Translations under genes and position numbers: made by a program
Notes under the pieces: generated by a model
What the model saw: only the letters and a program-made list of their open reading frames with translations
What the model was told of the DNA's origin: nothing
Databases searched by the model: none
Shown here: positions 20,155-29,798 of the stretch, piece by piece
How positions within the stretch are numbered: position 1 is the first letter of the stretch
Layout: every line of letters starts with the position of its first letter
Assembly: GCA_050008795.1 (NCBI GenBank)
Contig: JBEKLX010000002.1
Coordinates: 1-62,665, forward strand
Length of the DNA stretch: 62,665 nucleotides
Reading direction: 5' to 3'
Origin: Verrucomicrobiia bacterium
Lineage (GTDB): Bacteria > Verrucomicrobiota > Verrucomicrobiia > Palsa-1439

Positions 20155-21218
20155 AACTCCTGTTTCTCACTCAAACAAGCGCACTCGGCCCATCGAGCCG
20201 CTACCGCGTGTACCAACTTCTTCCGTTGTTGGAGAAGTTGGGAATCCACTGCGAGGTCTCGCCCGCGATTGATGAACAACTTTACAGACAACTCTACTTG
20301 TTCACTAAAGAACGATCGTCCCGGCGCGCAGCCTTCCTCGCGGCTTGGCGCAAGCGTCGCGATGATCTGCGGCGAATTGACTCGTTCGACGCCGTGTTCG
20401 TCCAGAAGGGCGTCTTCCCCGGATTGTACTCAGGCTTCGAGTCCCGCATCGCGGGACGCAAACCACTCGTATTCGATTTTGACGACGCGATTTGGCTGCC
20501 GCGCGAGGGTGGCAATCCTCTGCTCCGTGCTCTGCACCGCGAACGCACGGTGCAGGACATTCTGCACTGCGCGACGGCGGTGATTGCTGGCAACGAGTTT
20601 CTTGCGGAGTACGCGCGGCGCTTCAATCGAAACGTCACGGTGATACCGAGTGCGATTGATCTTGATCGGTACCCGTCGCAGTTGAAACTCGCTTCCATGA
20701 ACGCCCGTGGCCAACCTGTTATTGGGTGGATCGGTAGTAGCACCACCCTGCCATACCTGAAGGCTTTGCGCCAAGTGTTTGAGAAGTTGCAGTTTGTTCC
20801 TCGTGTGATCGCTTCGGGTGACCCCACGGTTCTGGGCTTTCCCGTCGATTTTAGGCCATGGAGGCCAGAGAATGAATCGGCTGAGTTGGCGCAGTTTGAT
20901 ATTGGCATTGCTCCATTGCCTGACACGCCGTGGGAACAGGGTAAGTGCGGGGTGAAGGTTTTGCAGTACATGGCGTGCGGTATTCCTGTTGTCGCTTCCG
21001 CTGTTGGCGTGCACAAGCAAATCATCCAACACGGTGAGAACGGGTTCCTGGTGAGAACCGAGGCGGAGTGGATCGAGCGGCTCCAGGTGTTACTCGCCGA
21101 TGCCGCGCTGCGGGCGCGCCTTGGCGCGTCGAGCCGCCGGCGTGTCGGAGAGAAATTCGCGGTAACGAGTGCTGCGGCCCAGATTGCTGCTGTGCTGCGG
21201 CGTCTGGGTAGTGATTGA
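20151..21218 (+). CDS. family-4 (GT-B fold) glycosyltransferase
   Basis: C-terminal E..G.K.LQYMACGIPVVAS..G motif. ATG at 20151 overlaps the upstream stop (ATGA). Confidence 0.8.
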   Translation: MKLLFLTQTSALGPSSRYRVYQLLPLLEKLGIHCEVSPAIDEQLYRQLYLFTKERSSRRAAFLAAWRKRRDDLRRIDSFDAVFVQKGVFPGLYSGFESRIAGRKPLVFDFDDAIWLPREGGNPLLRALHRERTVQDILHCATAVIAGNEFLAEYARRFNRNVTVIPSAIDLDRYPSQLKLASMNARGQPVIGWIGSSTTLPYLKALRQVFEKLQFVPRVIASGDPTVLGFPVDFRPWRPENESAELAQFDIGIAPLPDTPWEQGKCGVKVLQYMACGIPVVASAVGVHKQIIQHGENGFLVRTEAEWIERLQVLLADAALRARLGASSRRRVGEKFAVTSAAAQIAAVLRRLGSD

Positions 21219-21296
21219 CTTTCCGCCGGTGGCTTCGTAGTTTTTATTTATAGGAAGGGTGCCGCACGGTCGCCCGAGGTTGAACTGGATAATAAT

Positions 21297-21869
21297 ATGT
21301 CTTTCACTTTCCAACAACTTGCCATTGCCGACGTGGTGCTCGTAGAAACGCCGGCGTTCCCCGACGAACGCGGCCAGTTCTGGGAGACTTACAAGCGTTC
21401 GGCGTTTGTTGCCTCCGGGATTATCGAGACGTTTATTCAGGACAACTTTTGCCGCTCCGTCCATGGTGTGTTGCGTGGACTCCACTTCCAGAAAGTTGCC
21501 GCCGCCCAAGGCAAGCTTGTTTTTACGGTGCGTGGCGAGGTATTTGATGTTGCCGTGGACATTCGTCGCGGTTCGCCCACCTTCGGCCGATACGTGAGTG
21601 CGAATCTCTCCGAGCAGAATCATCAGGCGCTCTACATTCCACCGGGGTTCGCTCATGGTTACTGTGTGCTCAGTGACGAGGCCATTGTCGGATACAAAAC
21701 CACGGCCGAGTACACCCCCGAGCTTGATCGTGGGATCGTGTGGAACGATCCCACGCTAAAGATCCCTTGGCCCATCCGCAACCCCATCCTCAGCGGGAAA
21801 GACCAGCGACTGCCACAATTGGCCAACGCAGAGAACAATTTCGTTTACACTGCGCGGCCGCAATCTTAA
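21297..21869 (+). CDS. rfbC: dTDP-4-dehydrorhamnose 3,5-epimerase
   Basis: F.DERG.F.E, RGLHFQ, and VAVDIRRGSPTFG cupin motifs. Confidence 0.9.
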   Translation: MSFTFQQLAIADVVLVETPAFPDERGQFWETYKRSAFVASGIIETFIQDNFCRSVHGVLRGLHFQKVAAAQGKLVFTVRGEVFDVAVDIRRGSPTFGRYVSANLSEQNHQALYIPPGFAHGYCVLSDEAIVGYKTTAEYTPELDRGIVWNDPTLKIPWPIRNPILSGKDQRLPQLANAENNFVYTARPQS

Positions 21870-23029
21870 TCGTCCGCGCCCACCGTTGTCTGTCGCCTTA
21901 TCCCGAATCGGCAGATTCCTGCGGCGGCAAACGCACACACGAACGGCATCACCGGCAGACTGAATCGCAGATCGGCGTAACTCAGCGCGTGGACCAGCAT
22001 CACGTAAACAACAAGAACCACCATTAGGGTTTGTGCGGCACCCCACGGCCGGCATCGCCATAATCCGATCATCGCCAGGGCCAACCATACTGCTTGAATC
22101 GCGATACTCACTGATTGCTCCCGTCGCGCCGCGCCCAGAAACCAGAACCGCCCACACTTGCGCACTATCAGTTCCACGGCGACCAGCGGGTTAACAGTCA
22201 TCTGTTTCCATGTTTCGTGATAAAACTGACGGTCAAGCGCCACCACCGATGCTCCCGCATTTTGTTGTTTAATCCGTTCGATCTCGCCCTGCCATCTGGT
22301 CTTGCCGTCTCCTTCCCATAGCCCGGCTGTCGGCTGGTAATTTCCAACGAACGTCGTTGATCCTCCCTGCTCGGTCGCGACGGGAAGAAACTCGCCGCCC
22401 GTCACGCGCCAATTCCGCGCCGTCCATGGCACGACGACAACCAGCATCGCCGCGAGCACCAGCAGACCGCGCCGTGGTCGCATGACCAGCACGACCAACG
22501 GTAACAGCAGAAATGTCGGCTTGCACAAATTTACCACGCCGAGCAACGCGCCCGCCGCGAGCCAGCGCCACGTCTTGTCGTCGCACCAAGCCGTCAACTG
22601 GACGCACACATATGCCACCAGCAGAAAAGTGAGCACGATTTCCTTATTGATGAACGCTATGCGCCAGATGGCCAAGGGATACAGTGCCCACAGCCAGGCG
22701 GCCCAGACAGGCACGTCAGACCTGAAGCGTGGAGCGTGGATCACGAGGCGGGCGAGCCAGAATATCAGTGCACACGTCAGCGTGTCCAGAAGCGCTTGCA
22801 CAACTTTCATCGCCAGCGGTGAACCTGCTACTGCAACGAAGAACGGATAAACGGGTCCGCGTGTGATGTCGTCGTAATGTCCTTCGCGGATGGTTTGCGC
22901 AATTGCGCCATAGCTATCGCCATCCTCGCGCAGGTGCCAGCGTTCCTGGAGACGCGGGAAACCAACGAAGATAAACCCCAGCCGCAAGACCAATGCGACC
23001 AGCAGGCAGAAAAAAAGCGGTCGCGTCAT
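21866..23029 (-). CDS. polytopic membrane protein, GT39/ArnT-like (GT-C) glycosyltransferase candidate
   Basis: About 10 predicted TM segments. The N-terminal loop with D..YG and PVYPF resembles PMT/ArnT-type enzymes. Confidence 0.5.
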   Translation of the reverse strand: MTRPLFFCLLVALVLRLGFIFVGFPRLQERWHLREDGDSYGAIAQTIREGHYDDITRGPVYPFFVAVAGSPLAMKVVQALLDTLTCALIFWLARLVIHAPRFRSDVPVWAAWLWALYPLAIWRIAFINKEIVLTFLLVAYVCVQLTAWCDDKTWRWLAAGALLGVVNLCKPTFLLLPLVVLVMRPRRGLLVLAAMLVVVVPWTARNWRVTGGEFLPVATEQGGSTTFVGNYQPTAGLWEGDGKTRWQGEIERIKQQNAGASVVALDRQFYHETWKQMTVNPLVAVELIVRKCGRFWFLGAARREQSVSIAIQAVWLALAMIGLWRCRPWGAAQTLMVVLVVYVMLVHALSYADLRFSLPVMPFVCAFAAAGICRFGIRRQTTVGADD

Positions 23030-23137
23030 TGTCAGAGCCTTTTCTTCGCGAAAGCCCGGCCAGATGCTGTTGACTGTAAATTTTCTGTCGGCTTTTCCAT
23101 GTGCTGGCTTGCCGAGCCGTAGCTCCGAACAGTAAAT

Positions 23138-23169
23138 GCCCGCCTTCGCCCTGCGTGCTTCGGCGCGGC
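23138..23169. repeat. REP-like element, family B (GCCCGCCTTCGCC...CGGCG)
   Basis: gcccgccttcgccctgcgtgcttcggcgcggc shares its 13-nt core and 3' arm with the reverse complement of 54660-54692, which lies inside pdxA. Confidence 0.6.
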
Positions 23170-23170
23170 A

Positions 23171-23190
23171 GCCCCGAAAGCTTTCGGGGC
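23171..23190 (-). terminator. perfect 20-nt palindrome immediately 3' of tRNA-Val
   Basis: gccccgaaag/ctttcggggc abuts the CCA end of the minus-strand tRNA. Confidence 0.6.
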
Positions 23191-23267
23191 TGGTGGGCGC
23201 GACAGGACTTGAACCTGTGACCTCGCGGGTGTGATCCGCGCGTTCTAGCCAACTGAACTACGCGCCC
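23191..23267 (-). tRNA. tRNA-Val (anticodon CAC), CCA encoded
   Basis: Hand-folded: GGGCGCG-TA-GTTC-AGTTGGCTA-GAAC-G-CGCGG-ATCACAC-CCGCG-AGGTC-ACAGG-TTCAAGT-CCTGT-CGCGCCC-A-CCA. Confidence 0.9.
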
Positions 23268-23354
23268 AACCGTTCGCTTTTCGAACGCGGTTGCAGACTA
23301 TCCGCCGGTCTGGAGATTTTCAAGCCTTGAACATCTCGCGTTTCAGTAGATATA

Positions 23355-25634
23355 GTGAAAATCGTGATCGCAGCTTCGGCAGTTCCGTTGAGCGTGGACA
23401 AACATCCGTTGCCGATCCGTCCGTGGCGGTTGATTCTCCTCATCATGGCCGCGGTCAACCTCGCTGCCTTCTGGTTCTTACTTCAGTACAACTATTTACC
23501 CGAGAACTACCACGCCCTACCCATCGGTCTCGACAGAGCGGAGCTTGCCTGGATCGGGATAAGCATCTGCGTAGCGATTGTTGCCATCGTTTTGTCATGG
23601 AGAAACGCGGACACAGCACGCCGGTTTGTCTGGGCTGGTCTGCTGGCCACAGTAATCTCCATGGTTGTACTGGTGAAGACGCTGGCCGGCGCCCCGCTTC
23701 GATGTCTTGACCCCATTCTATTCTCCGCCGCTTTGGGTTGGGGAACGGTTTTCTGGCTGCGCACCAATAAGGCGCTGGATCTTGACCGAACTCTTTCATT
23801 GCGGTTGGGCGACCGCTGTTGGCATCCCAAGATTGTGAACGTGCTTGCGGCGGTTGTTTGGATCTCGGCGATTGGTCTGTTCCTCTATTACATGGCGCAG
23901 CAGATCTATTACTTGAACAATCTTGCGCTCGGCTATGCCGACTGCGGCGAGAACGCGCGATTGATGTTCAACACAATGACGAATCCGCGAGAACTGTTCC
24001 TGCGGGTCAATCCGGACAAGCCACTGTTCTATGATCACTTTCATCCCGGTATCCTGCCGTTTATGCCGCTGTGGCTGGTGTGGCCCGATTTGAAACTGAC
24101 AATCGTGCTGCAACTCATCGCCGTACTCGGTGTAGTCGTGCCGCTGTATTACATCGGCCAACGCGTCTTCCAAGATGACACGCCGGCGCTGCTGCTTGTG
24201 CTTGCGTGGCTCGTGTATCCGTCAACATCGCAGTTTGTCTACAGTGCCTCCTATGGCTTTCGCTGGGGCAACATGTGTCTCCTGTTCTACTTTACTGCCC
24301 TCGCGTTCTGGCTGAATGGTCGTTCGGGCTGGGCCTTGCTAATGGTCTTATGGGCAATGCTAATCAAGGAAGAAGCCGCGATCATCGTCGGCATGTTCGG
24401 TGTTTATCTGGCACTTTTCGAGCGCCGACGTGCTGCTGGCATCGCACTCGCAGTGTTTGCATTCGGTTTTTTTCTGTTAGTCACTTCCATCCTTGTCCCT
24501 GACATCAGCGGCCGTGAGTATGGGATGACGCGGTTCTTCTACGATCTCGGGCACACGAAACTGGAGATACTGCTGTCGCCTATCACGAAGCCTGGAGTCT
24601 TTTGGGGGAAACTGTTCGAACCTTCGTCGCTTTACTTTGGAGCCGTGCTTATCGCGCCGCTGCTGTTCCTGCCAGTACGGAAACCATCGGTGCTATTCAT
24701 CGGGACGCTGACGTTCGTCTTCTGTTGCATGCATCCTATCCTAAAGAACATCTGCTTTCACTACCAGGCCGCCTTGTTGCCTGTCGTCTTCTGGGCGCTG
24801 GCTGCAGCCTTGCGGACCGATGACAGAGTGTGGCAACGCGCAGCCTTGTCGGGTGCCATCGTGTCCGGAATCCTGCTTTCCCTCTTCTTTGGAAACACTT
24901 TTTGGAGCAAAGATACCATTTTGGTCCCTTTGTCGCCCGGCCGATTGCAGCGCGTGCAGCGGATGGCGCGGCATATCGACCCGCACGGCTCGCTCTTTGC
25001 CACGCAGCGTGTTGCCGCTCATTTCATCACCCAAAAATATCTATATCTCGATCCGCCCTTGCCGTCGTCCATCGATTATGTCCTTCTGGATCTGCGCGAT
25101 ATATGGCGGGAAACTCGCGACGTGTCCTGGCTTAGAAAATTGTGCGCCCTCCAGCGACAAGTCGAGGCTCGGCCTGATCTGCATCTCGTGGATGCCGAAG
25201 ACGGGCTTTTGCTCTACGCGCAGCACGGCAACATGCTCGATCCCCGCACGGTCGTGGAAAGGGATTCACTACCGCCTGATGCCGTTCGTCAAGACCTACA
25301 CTTGGGTGGCGGCGTTGGAATGGTTGGTTATACCATTGTGGTGTCGTCCGATACGCAAGCCGATACCGAGTTCGTTCGCATCACCACCTTCAGCACGGTA
25401 GCTGCACCCACCAACACAGAATTGGCAGCCCGTTGTATCCTCGAATACAATCTCGACTCGGTGAAGACTGACGCTTATATCTCGAAACTTCAACCATTGG
25501 GCCAGGGCATTTTGCCGATTGCGCGATGGGAAGCGAATAAGTTCTACGCCGATGTTTTCCTATTCACTCTGCCCAGGGGATTATCGGACAAAATCACGCG
25601 TGTCCGCTTTGCGTGTGCACTGCTGACCAATTGA
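23355..25634 (+). CDS. large polytopic membrane protein, DUF2079-like (putative GT-C type envelope glycosyltransferase)
   Basis: 759 aa with more than 12 hydrophobic segments. The N-terminal region (YADCGENARLMFN, LFYDHFHPGILPFMPLW) recalls DUF2079. GTG start. Confidence 0.5.
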   Translation: MKIVIAASAVPLSVDKHPLPIRPWRLILLIMAAVNLAAFWFLLQYNYLPENYHALPIGLDRAELAWIGISICVAIVAIVLSWRNADTARRFVWAGLLATVISMVVLVKTLAGAPLRCLDPILFSAALGWGTVFWLRTNKALDLDRTLSLRLGDRCWHPKIVNVLAAVVWISAIGLFLYYMAQQIYYLNNLALGYADCGENARLMFNTMTNPRELFLRVNPDKPLFYDHFHPGILPFMPLWLVWPDLKLTIVLQLIAVLGVVVPLYYIGQRVFQDDTPALLLVLAWLVYPSTSQFVYSASYGFRWGNMCLLFYFTALAFWLNGRSGWALLMVLWAMLIKEEAAIIVGMFGVYLALFERRRAAGIALAVFAFGFFLLVTSILVPDISGREYGMTRFFYDLGHTKLEILLSPITKPGVFWGKLFEPSSLYFGAVLIAPLLFLPVRKPSVLFIGTLTFVFCCMHPILKNICFHYQAALLPVVFWALAAALRTDDRVWQRAALSGAIVSGILLSLFFGNTFWSKDTILVPLSPGRLQRVQRMARHIDPHGSLFATQRVAAHFITQKYLYLDPPLPSSIDYVLLDLRDIWRETRDVSWLRKLCALQRQVEARPDLHLVDAEDGLLLYAQHGNMLDPRTVVERDSLPPDAVRQDLHLGGGVGMVGYTIVVSSDTQADTEFVRITTFSTVAAPTNTELAARCILEYNLDSVKTDAYISKLQPLGQGILPIARWEANKFYADVFLFTLPRGLSDKITRVRFACALLTN

Positions 25635-25725
25635 GGACTGATGTTTTGGCGCTGTCTCCATAATCGGGAATGCAGGATCAACCCGGCTTCAATTGCCGTG
25701 CGGGTTCATATTGGCCGCCAGCCGG

Positions 25726-26958
25726 TCAATTCAGACGCAACTCGGCTACAGCTTCGCAATGAGCTGTTTGCGGAAACATGTCGAATGGCGTGACGCGTTC
25801 CAGTACGTAACCCGCCGCGATCAATTCCTTGATGTCACGCGCCAGCATCGGCGGCGCGCAGGACACGTAAATGATTTTGCGCGGCTTCTGTTCGCGTAGC
25901 GTCTTCAGTACGGCTTTGCCGCAGCCAGAGCGTGGCGGGTCGAGGATTAGACAAGTCTCGTCCAGCTTGCCCCGATCTTGGGATCGGGGCAGGCATTGGC
26001 GGAGGGTGTAGAATAGTAGACGATCCGTTTTGCCCACGTAAAAATCGCAGTTGGCCAGCCCTAACCGTTGCGCGTTGTCGTTTGCCGCCGCAATCGCTTT
26101 GGCATCGATTTCGATCCCGTAGCAGTGATGGGCGATGTCGGCCAGGATCAGCGCAAATAAACCGACGCCGCAATAGGCGTCCACGAGAACCTTGCAGCCG
26201 CTGGCGGTGAAAACCTTGCGCGTATGTTCGAGCGCCAACTCGATGACGCCTTGGTTGACCTGAAAAAACGAACCAAGCGGGACGCACAATGTCTTGCCGA
26301 GAACGACCTCCTCGATCTCCTCTGGTGATGTGTCTGACAGATGCGGCGCGGTGCCGCGGCCTTTAACCTCCGTATACGTCCACACCCTACCCTCAGAGTT
26401 GCAGCGAATGGTTAGATGCACGTTCTCCAGCGATTGCTGGCTGGCCTCCGCAAGCTTGGCGTTGATTTCGTCGCGGGCGATTGGACAGTGGTCAACTGCA
26501 ATAATGGAACGGCCGCGCATGGTCCAGAAACCAGGTTTGCCGGGGCCGTGCACAACGATCTTATTGCGATAACCGTATGGGCGCGGTGAACCAACAACCG
26601 GTTCGACAAGCGGGTCGGCAATCTTACCGATGCGCTGGAAGACGTCGCTGATCTGGTTGCGTTTGAGTTCGAGTTGGTGTGCATAATCAATATGCTGGTA
26701 CTGGCAACCCGCGCAGCGCATGTAATACGGGCATCTCGGCTCGACCCGGTGCGGCGACGGTTTGATCACGCGGACAAGATCGGCAGTAGCATAGCGTTTC
26801 TTGACTTCGACGATCTCCACCTCAACGCGTTCGCCTTCGATCACGAACGGCACGAACACGACAAAGTTATCGATGCGCCCAATCCCATCGCCGCCGAACG
26901 CGACAGTGGTGATGTCGAGTTCAATGCGCTGGCCGGGCTGAAGGCTGGGTGTAATCAC
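25726..26958 (-). CDS. TRAM-domain 23S rRNA (uracil-5-)-methyltransferase, RumA/RlmD family
   Basis: TRAM N-terminus, Fe-S cysteines CPYYMRCAGCQYQH, a SAM-binding fold (VDAYCGVGLF), and the catalytic region YVSCAP. Confidence 0.85.
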   Translation of the reverse strand: MITPSLQPGQRIELDITTVAFGGDGIGRIDNFVVFVPFVIEGERVEVEIVEVKKRYATADLVRVIKPSPHRVEPRCPYYMRCAGCQYQHIDYAHQLELKRNQISDVFQRIGKIADPLVEPVVGSPRPYGYRNKIVVHGPGKPGFWTMRGRSIIAVDHCPIARDEINAKLAEASQQSLENVHLTIRCNSEGRVWTYTEVKGRGTAPHLSDTSPEEIEEVVLGKTLCVPLGSFFQVNQGVIELALEHTRKVFTASGCKVLVDAYCGVGLFALILADIAHHCYGIEIDAKAIAAANDNAQRLGLANCDFYVGKTDRLLFYTLRQCLPRSQDRGKLDETCLILDPPRSGCGKAVLKTLREQKPRKIIYVSCAPPMLARDIKELIAAGYVLERVTPFDMFPQTAHCEAVAELRLN

Positions 26959-27308
26959 GGTTGGCTAGCCTTGGCTTGACGGAGGATGGCCAGGCCGGTG
27001 GCCAACGACCAGAACCATGAAGCGGTGAACAAGACCACGCCTGCCAAGCCGAGCAATAAATGCGGGCCGCCGTTTGTGGGAAAAGTTTCTGTCTGGAAGC
27101 AGGCGCCGACAAATGAGACAAGCCAAATAACTATGAGTCCGAATCCCGCAAATGCGAGCACCACCTGCAGAACGCCGGCAAGCCGTCGCCCGGCGAGCCA
27201 CGAACCCAACCCCGGCAATACCAGCAGATTGGTCAGGAGGTAGTTCCGTGCCGAGGTGCGGTCAAGTAGTTTGGGTGGTGCGTGGCCCGAAAATGTCTTC
27301 ATAGGCAT
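26955..27308 (-). CDS. hypothetical small membrane protein
   Basis: Three hydrophobic helices. Overlaps neighbours at both ends, which is operon-like. Confidence 0.5.
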   Translation of the reverse strand: MPMKTFSGHAPPKLLDRTSARNYLLTNLLVLPGLGSWLAGRRLAGVLQVVLAFAGFGLIVIWLVSFVGACFQTETFPTNGGPHLLLGLAGVVLFTASWFWSLATGLAILRQAKASQP

Positions 27309-28164
27309 ACATTAGAATGGCGTAGGTCAGTGGCACAGTGAAAAGTATACCGATACAGCAGACGACTATGCCAGCGGAGCCAACCAAACCGGCCAGCAAT
27401 GCAAGGGCAAACACCATCCACCAGTTCTTCTTCACAACTTTCCGACTCAATTCCATGGCATCCCAAAAACCCAATTTCTTATCGATCACCAAAGGAATGG
27501 CAAAGATCCAGGCAATGCACAGATAAATGCCGGGGATCAAGCAGAGGGCCAAACCCAGATACACCAGCAGCGTCACCACAATGTTGGTCGCGGTCAATGC
27601 CCCAAAAGCCTTCCTGAATCCTGCAAATGCGTCGGCAAAACTGGCGGGCTGGCCACGGATCAACTTCAGGTTGAAGGCAAACAAACCGCCCATCAAAGCT
27701 CCACCGAACACGAAACACCACAGCGTGTTTGCGCCAAAACCGGCCGCAAAACCAACTTTAGAGTGAAAACCGAGAGGCACACGGATGGCCATGCTGATTA
27801 GCGTTCCCACGCCGCCGAGGAGCAACCCGACTACCAGATTCACGGCAACCATCAAACCAAAGTTCGCCTTCCAAAGATTCCAAGCGCGCTTGATGCAGCC
27901 GCCGATATCGATCTGGTAATCGCGGGCAAGGATCTCCTCAGACCAGCGTTGTGCGTTGACGGTTTCCACTTGTGGTGGCGGTGGCTGGGTCGCCGCGAAA
28001 GCACCGGCGAATTCCGGCAGTGTCTCCAGAGATTTCCATTCGGTGCTGCCTTCGCTTTGCACCCGCGTCTGCGCGTTGGCACGGCCTTCGGCGATCCATT
28101 GGCGCAGTTGTTCAGTGGTAACGGGTCCGTACTCTTTGCCATCGGCTCCGATGATCTTGTACAT
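27262..28164 (-). CDS. GYF_2 (DUF4339)-head membrane protein, paralog 1 (polytopic DUF975-like anchor)
   Basis: N-terminus MYKIIGADGKEYGPVTTEQLRQWIAEGRANAQTRVQSEGSTEWKSL, followed by 5-6 TM helices. Confidence 0.75.
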   Translation of the reverse strand: MYKIIGADGKEYGPVTTEQLRQWIAEGRANAQTRVQSEGSTEWKSLETLPEFAGAFAATQPPPPQVETVNAQRWSEEILARDYQIDIGGCIKRAWNLWKANFGLMVAVNLVVGLLLGGVGTLISMAIRVPLGFHSKVGFAAGFGANTLWCFVFGGALMGGLFAFNLKLIRGQPASFADAFAGFRKAFGALTATNIVVTLLVYLGLALCLIPGIYLCIAWIFAIPLVIDKKLGFWDAMELSRKVVKKNWWMVFALALLAGLVGSAGIVVCCIGILFTVPLTYAILMYAYEDIFGPRTTQTT

Positions 28165-28239
28165 TGGGACGCTCCTTCCCCCTCGCTGGGTTTCAGTTCG
28201 ACGAAATGCTACGCCGCCAGCGCTAAGCAAAGCGAGATT

Positions 28240-28653
28240 TTATTTGCCGGTGGCTTCCGCGGGCGGCGCCAACAACGAAAACGGGCGACAAGGGATGTTG
28301 CGGGCAACGCCAAACGCCACGATCACCGCAATCAACAATCCAAACCATATTAACTTGGATCGTTGTTTCGCAACTGGCGGTTGGCGGCGGAACGCGCGCG
28401 CAAGAAGCAGTGCCCCGAGCAGTGGCAAAGCGAGGACCACCAGCGCATTGTCGTGCAGCGCCTCGCGGAATTCGCCATGCATCAAACAGTATAGCGCTCG
28501 TGTCGACCCGCAGCCGGGACAGTATAACCCGGTCATCTCGTGGAACAGGCATTTCGGATAGAACGCAGTGGTCACAGGATTAAAGAAGAAGAATACGGCT
28601 CCAACGACAATGATCGCCCCAACTAGAACAACGTCTTGGAGTGGTTTCCTCAT
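28240..28653 (-). CDS. DUF2752-family membrane protein
   Basis: CLFHEMTGLYCPGCGSTRAL signature. Start set to the ATG at 28653. Confidence 0.75.
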   Translation of the reverse strand: MRKPLQDVVLVGAIIVVGAVFFFFNPVTTAFYPKCLFHEMTGLYCPGCGSTRALYCLMHGEFREALHDNALVVLALPLLGALLLARAFRRQPPVAKQRSKLIWFGLLIAVIVAFGVARNIPCRPFSLLAPPAEATGK

Positions 28654-28688
28654 GGTCAGCGGATGCGCGCTCAATCCGGTTCCACCAT

Positions 28689-29177
28689 TCAGAAGCGCCA
28701 GGACCGGTGCGGGTACATCGAATGCCAGCCGTGCGTGTGCAATACCCCAAGCAGAATGCCGAGTGCCGACGACGCAATCAGTCCTAGGATCGACAGCAAC
28801 AACCCGGTCACTGCAATGCCTCTGCCGGTTTCGCGCGATGGATTGTGTTTGATTTGGGATAGACCAACACTGGAAAAGATAATGCCGAGGACGCTGAACA
28901 ACGGCCCGCAGCAACAGAGCCAACCGCCCATCAGTCCGAACAAGCTGAATAGAAGCCCGGCGACCGCCGAGCCGTTCGTTCTCGGCGCAGACAGAACTAT
29001 AGGTGGCGGAGTGACCTGGCTGAACTCTGAGAAATGCGCGGGTGATTTCCAGTCAGTGCTCCCGGCAGCCTGTATCAGCGTTTGCGCATTTACCCGGCCT
29101 TCCGCAATCCATTGGCGGATTTGCTCGACTGAAACCGGCCCGTACTCACGTCCGTCCGCTCCGATTATCTTATACAC
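28689..29177 (-). CDS. GYF_2 (DUF4339)-head membrane protein, paralog 2 (DUF4190-like two-TM anchor)
   Basis: (M)YKIIGADGREYGPVSVEQIRQWIAEGRVNAQTLIQAAGSTDWKS with a GTG start. C-terminal region: LFSLFGLMGGWLCCCGPLFSVLGIIFSSVGLSQI. Confidence 0.75.
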   Translation of the reverse strand: MYKIIGADGREYGPVSVEQIRQWIAEGRVNAQTLIQAAGSTDWKSPAHFSEFSQVTPPPIVLSAPRTNGSAVAGLLFSLFGLMGGWLCCCGPLFSVLGIIFSSVGLSQIKHNPSRETGRGIAVTGLLLSILGLIASSALGILLGVLHTHGWHSMYPHRSWRF

Positions 29178-29213
29178 GTTGCCACCTTCTCCCTTTAGCC
29201 TGCGCTTGGCGCG

Positions 29214-29696
29214 TCAGAACCAGCCCCTCTTGCTCAGGACATACGTCTGGACAAACTCCTCGTCAGACTTCGTCAGATAAATGATTCCCTCGATCAGGCT
29301 GATAATCCTCATGGGGATGGCGCCGATTCCACAAGTCAACACGGAAATCAGCAGCATGGCGACCCCTTCACCTGTGTAACCGAGGATGAACTTGTGGATA
29401 CCCAATGGGCCGAGCAGAATGGCGCAGATCCCCGCCGCGATCTTCTTGCCGGCACCGGGCAGTTGGCCACCCACCGCAGTCTGCGTGGGTGGCGGCACAG
29501 ACGGTGGAACACCAGCCGCAGCCGGTCCGCTTATCGGAGTCAACTCAGCGAATGCAGAGAGAGGTTTCCATTCATTGGTGCCTTCCGCTTTGACTCTGGT
29601 TTGCGTGTTGGCGCGGCCTTCGACGATCCATTGCCGCACTTGGTTCGCATCGACCGGCCCGTACTCGCGTCCATCTGCTCCGATGATTTTGTACAT
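29214..29696 (-). CDS. GYF_2 (DUF4339)-head membrane protein, paralog 3 (TM2-domain anchor)
   Basis: MYKIIGADGREYGPVDANQVRQWIVEGRANTQTRVKAEGTNEWKPL. C-terminal LGPLGIHKFILGY..G.. is TM2-like. Confidence 0.75.
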   Translation of the reverse strand: MYKIIGADGREYGPVDANQVRQWIVEGRANTQTRVKAEGTNEWKPLSAFAELTPISGPAAAGVPPSVPPPTQTAVGGQLPGAGKKIAAGICAILLGPLGIHKFILGYTGEGVAMLLISVLTCGIGAIPMRIISLIEGIIYLTKSDEEFVQTYVLSKRGWF

Positions 29697-29798
29697 GCTG
29701 ACCTCCATTCTTTCTCCGTTATAATTCAGAGGCATACCAACGAAAATGTTACACACTCTCGGGTTTATTTCTCTCGCTGGACTGGGAACCGATGCACC

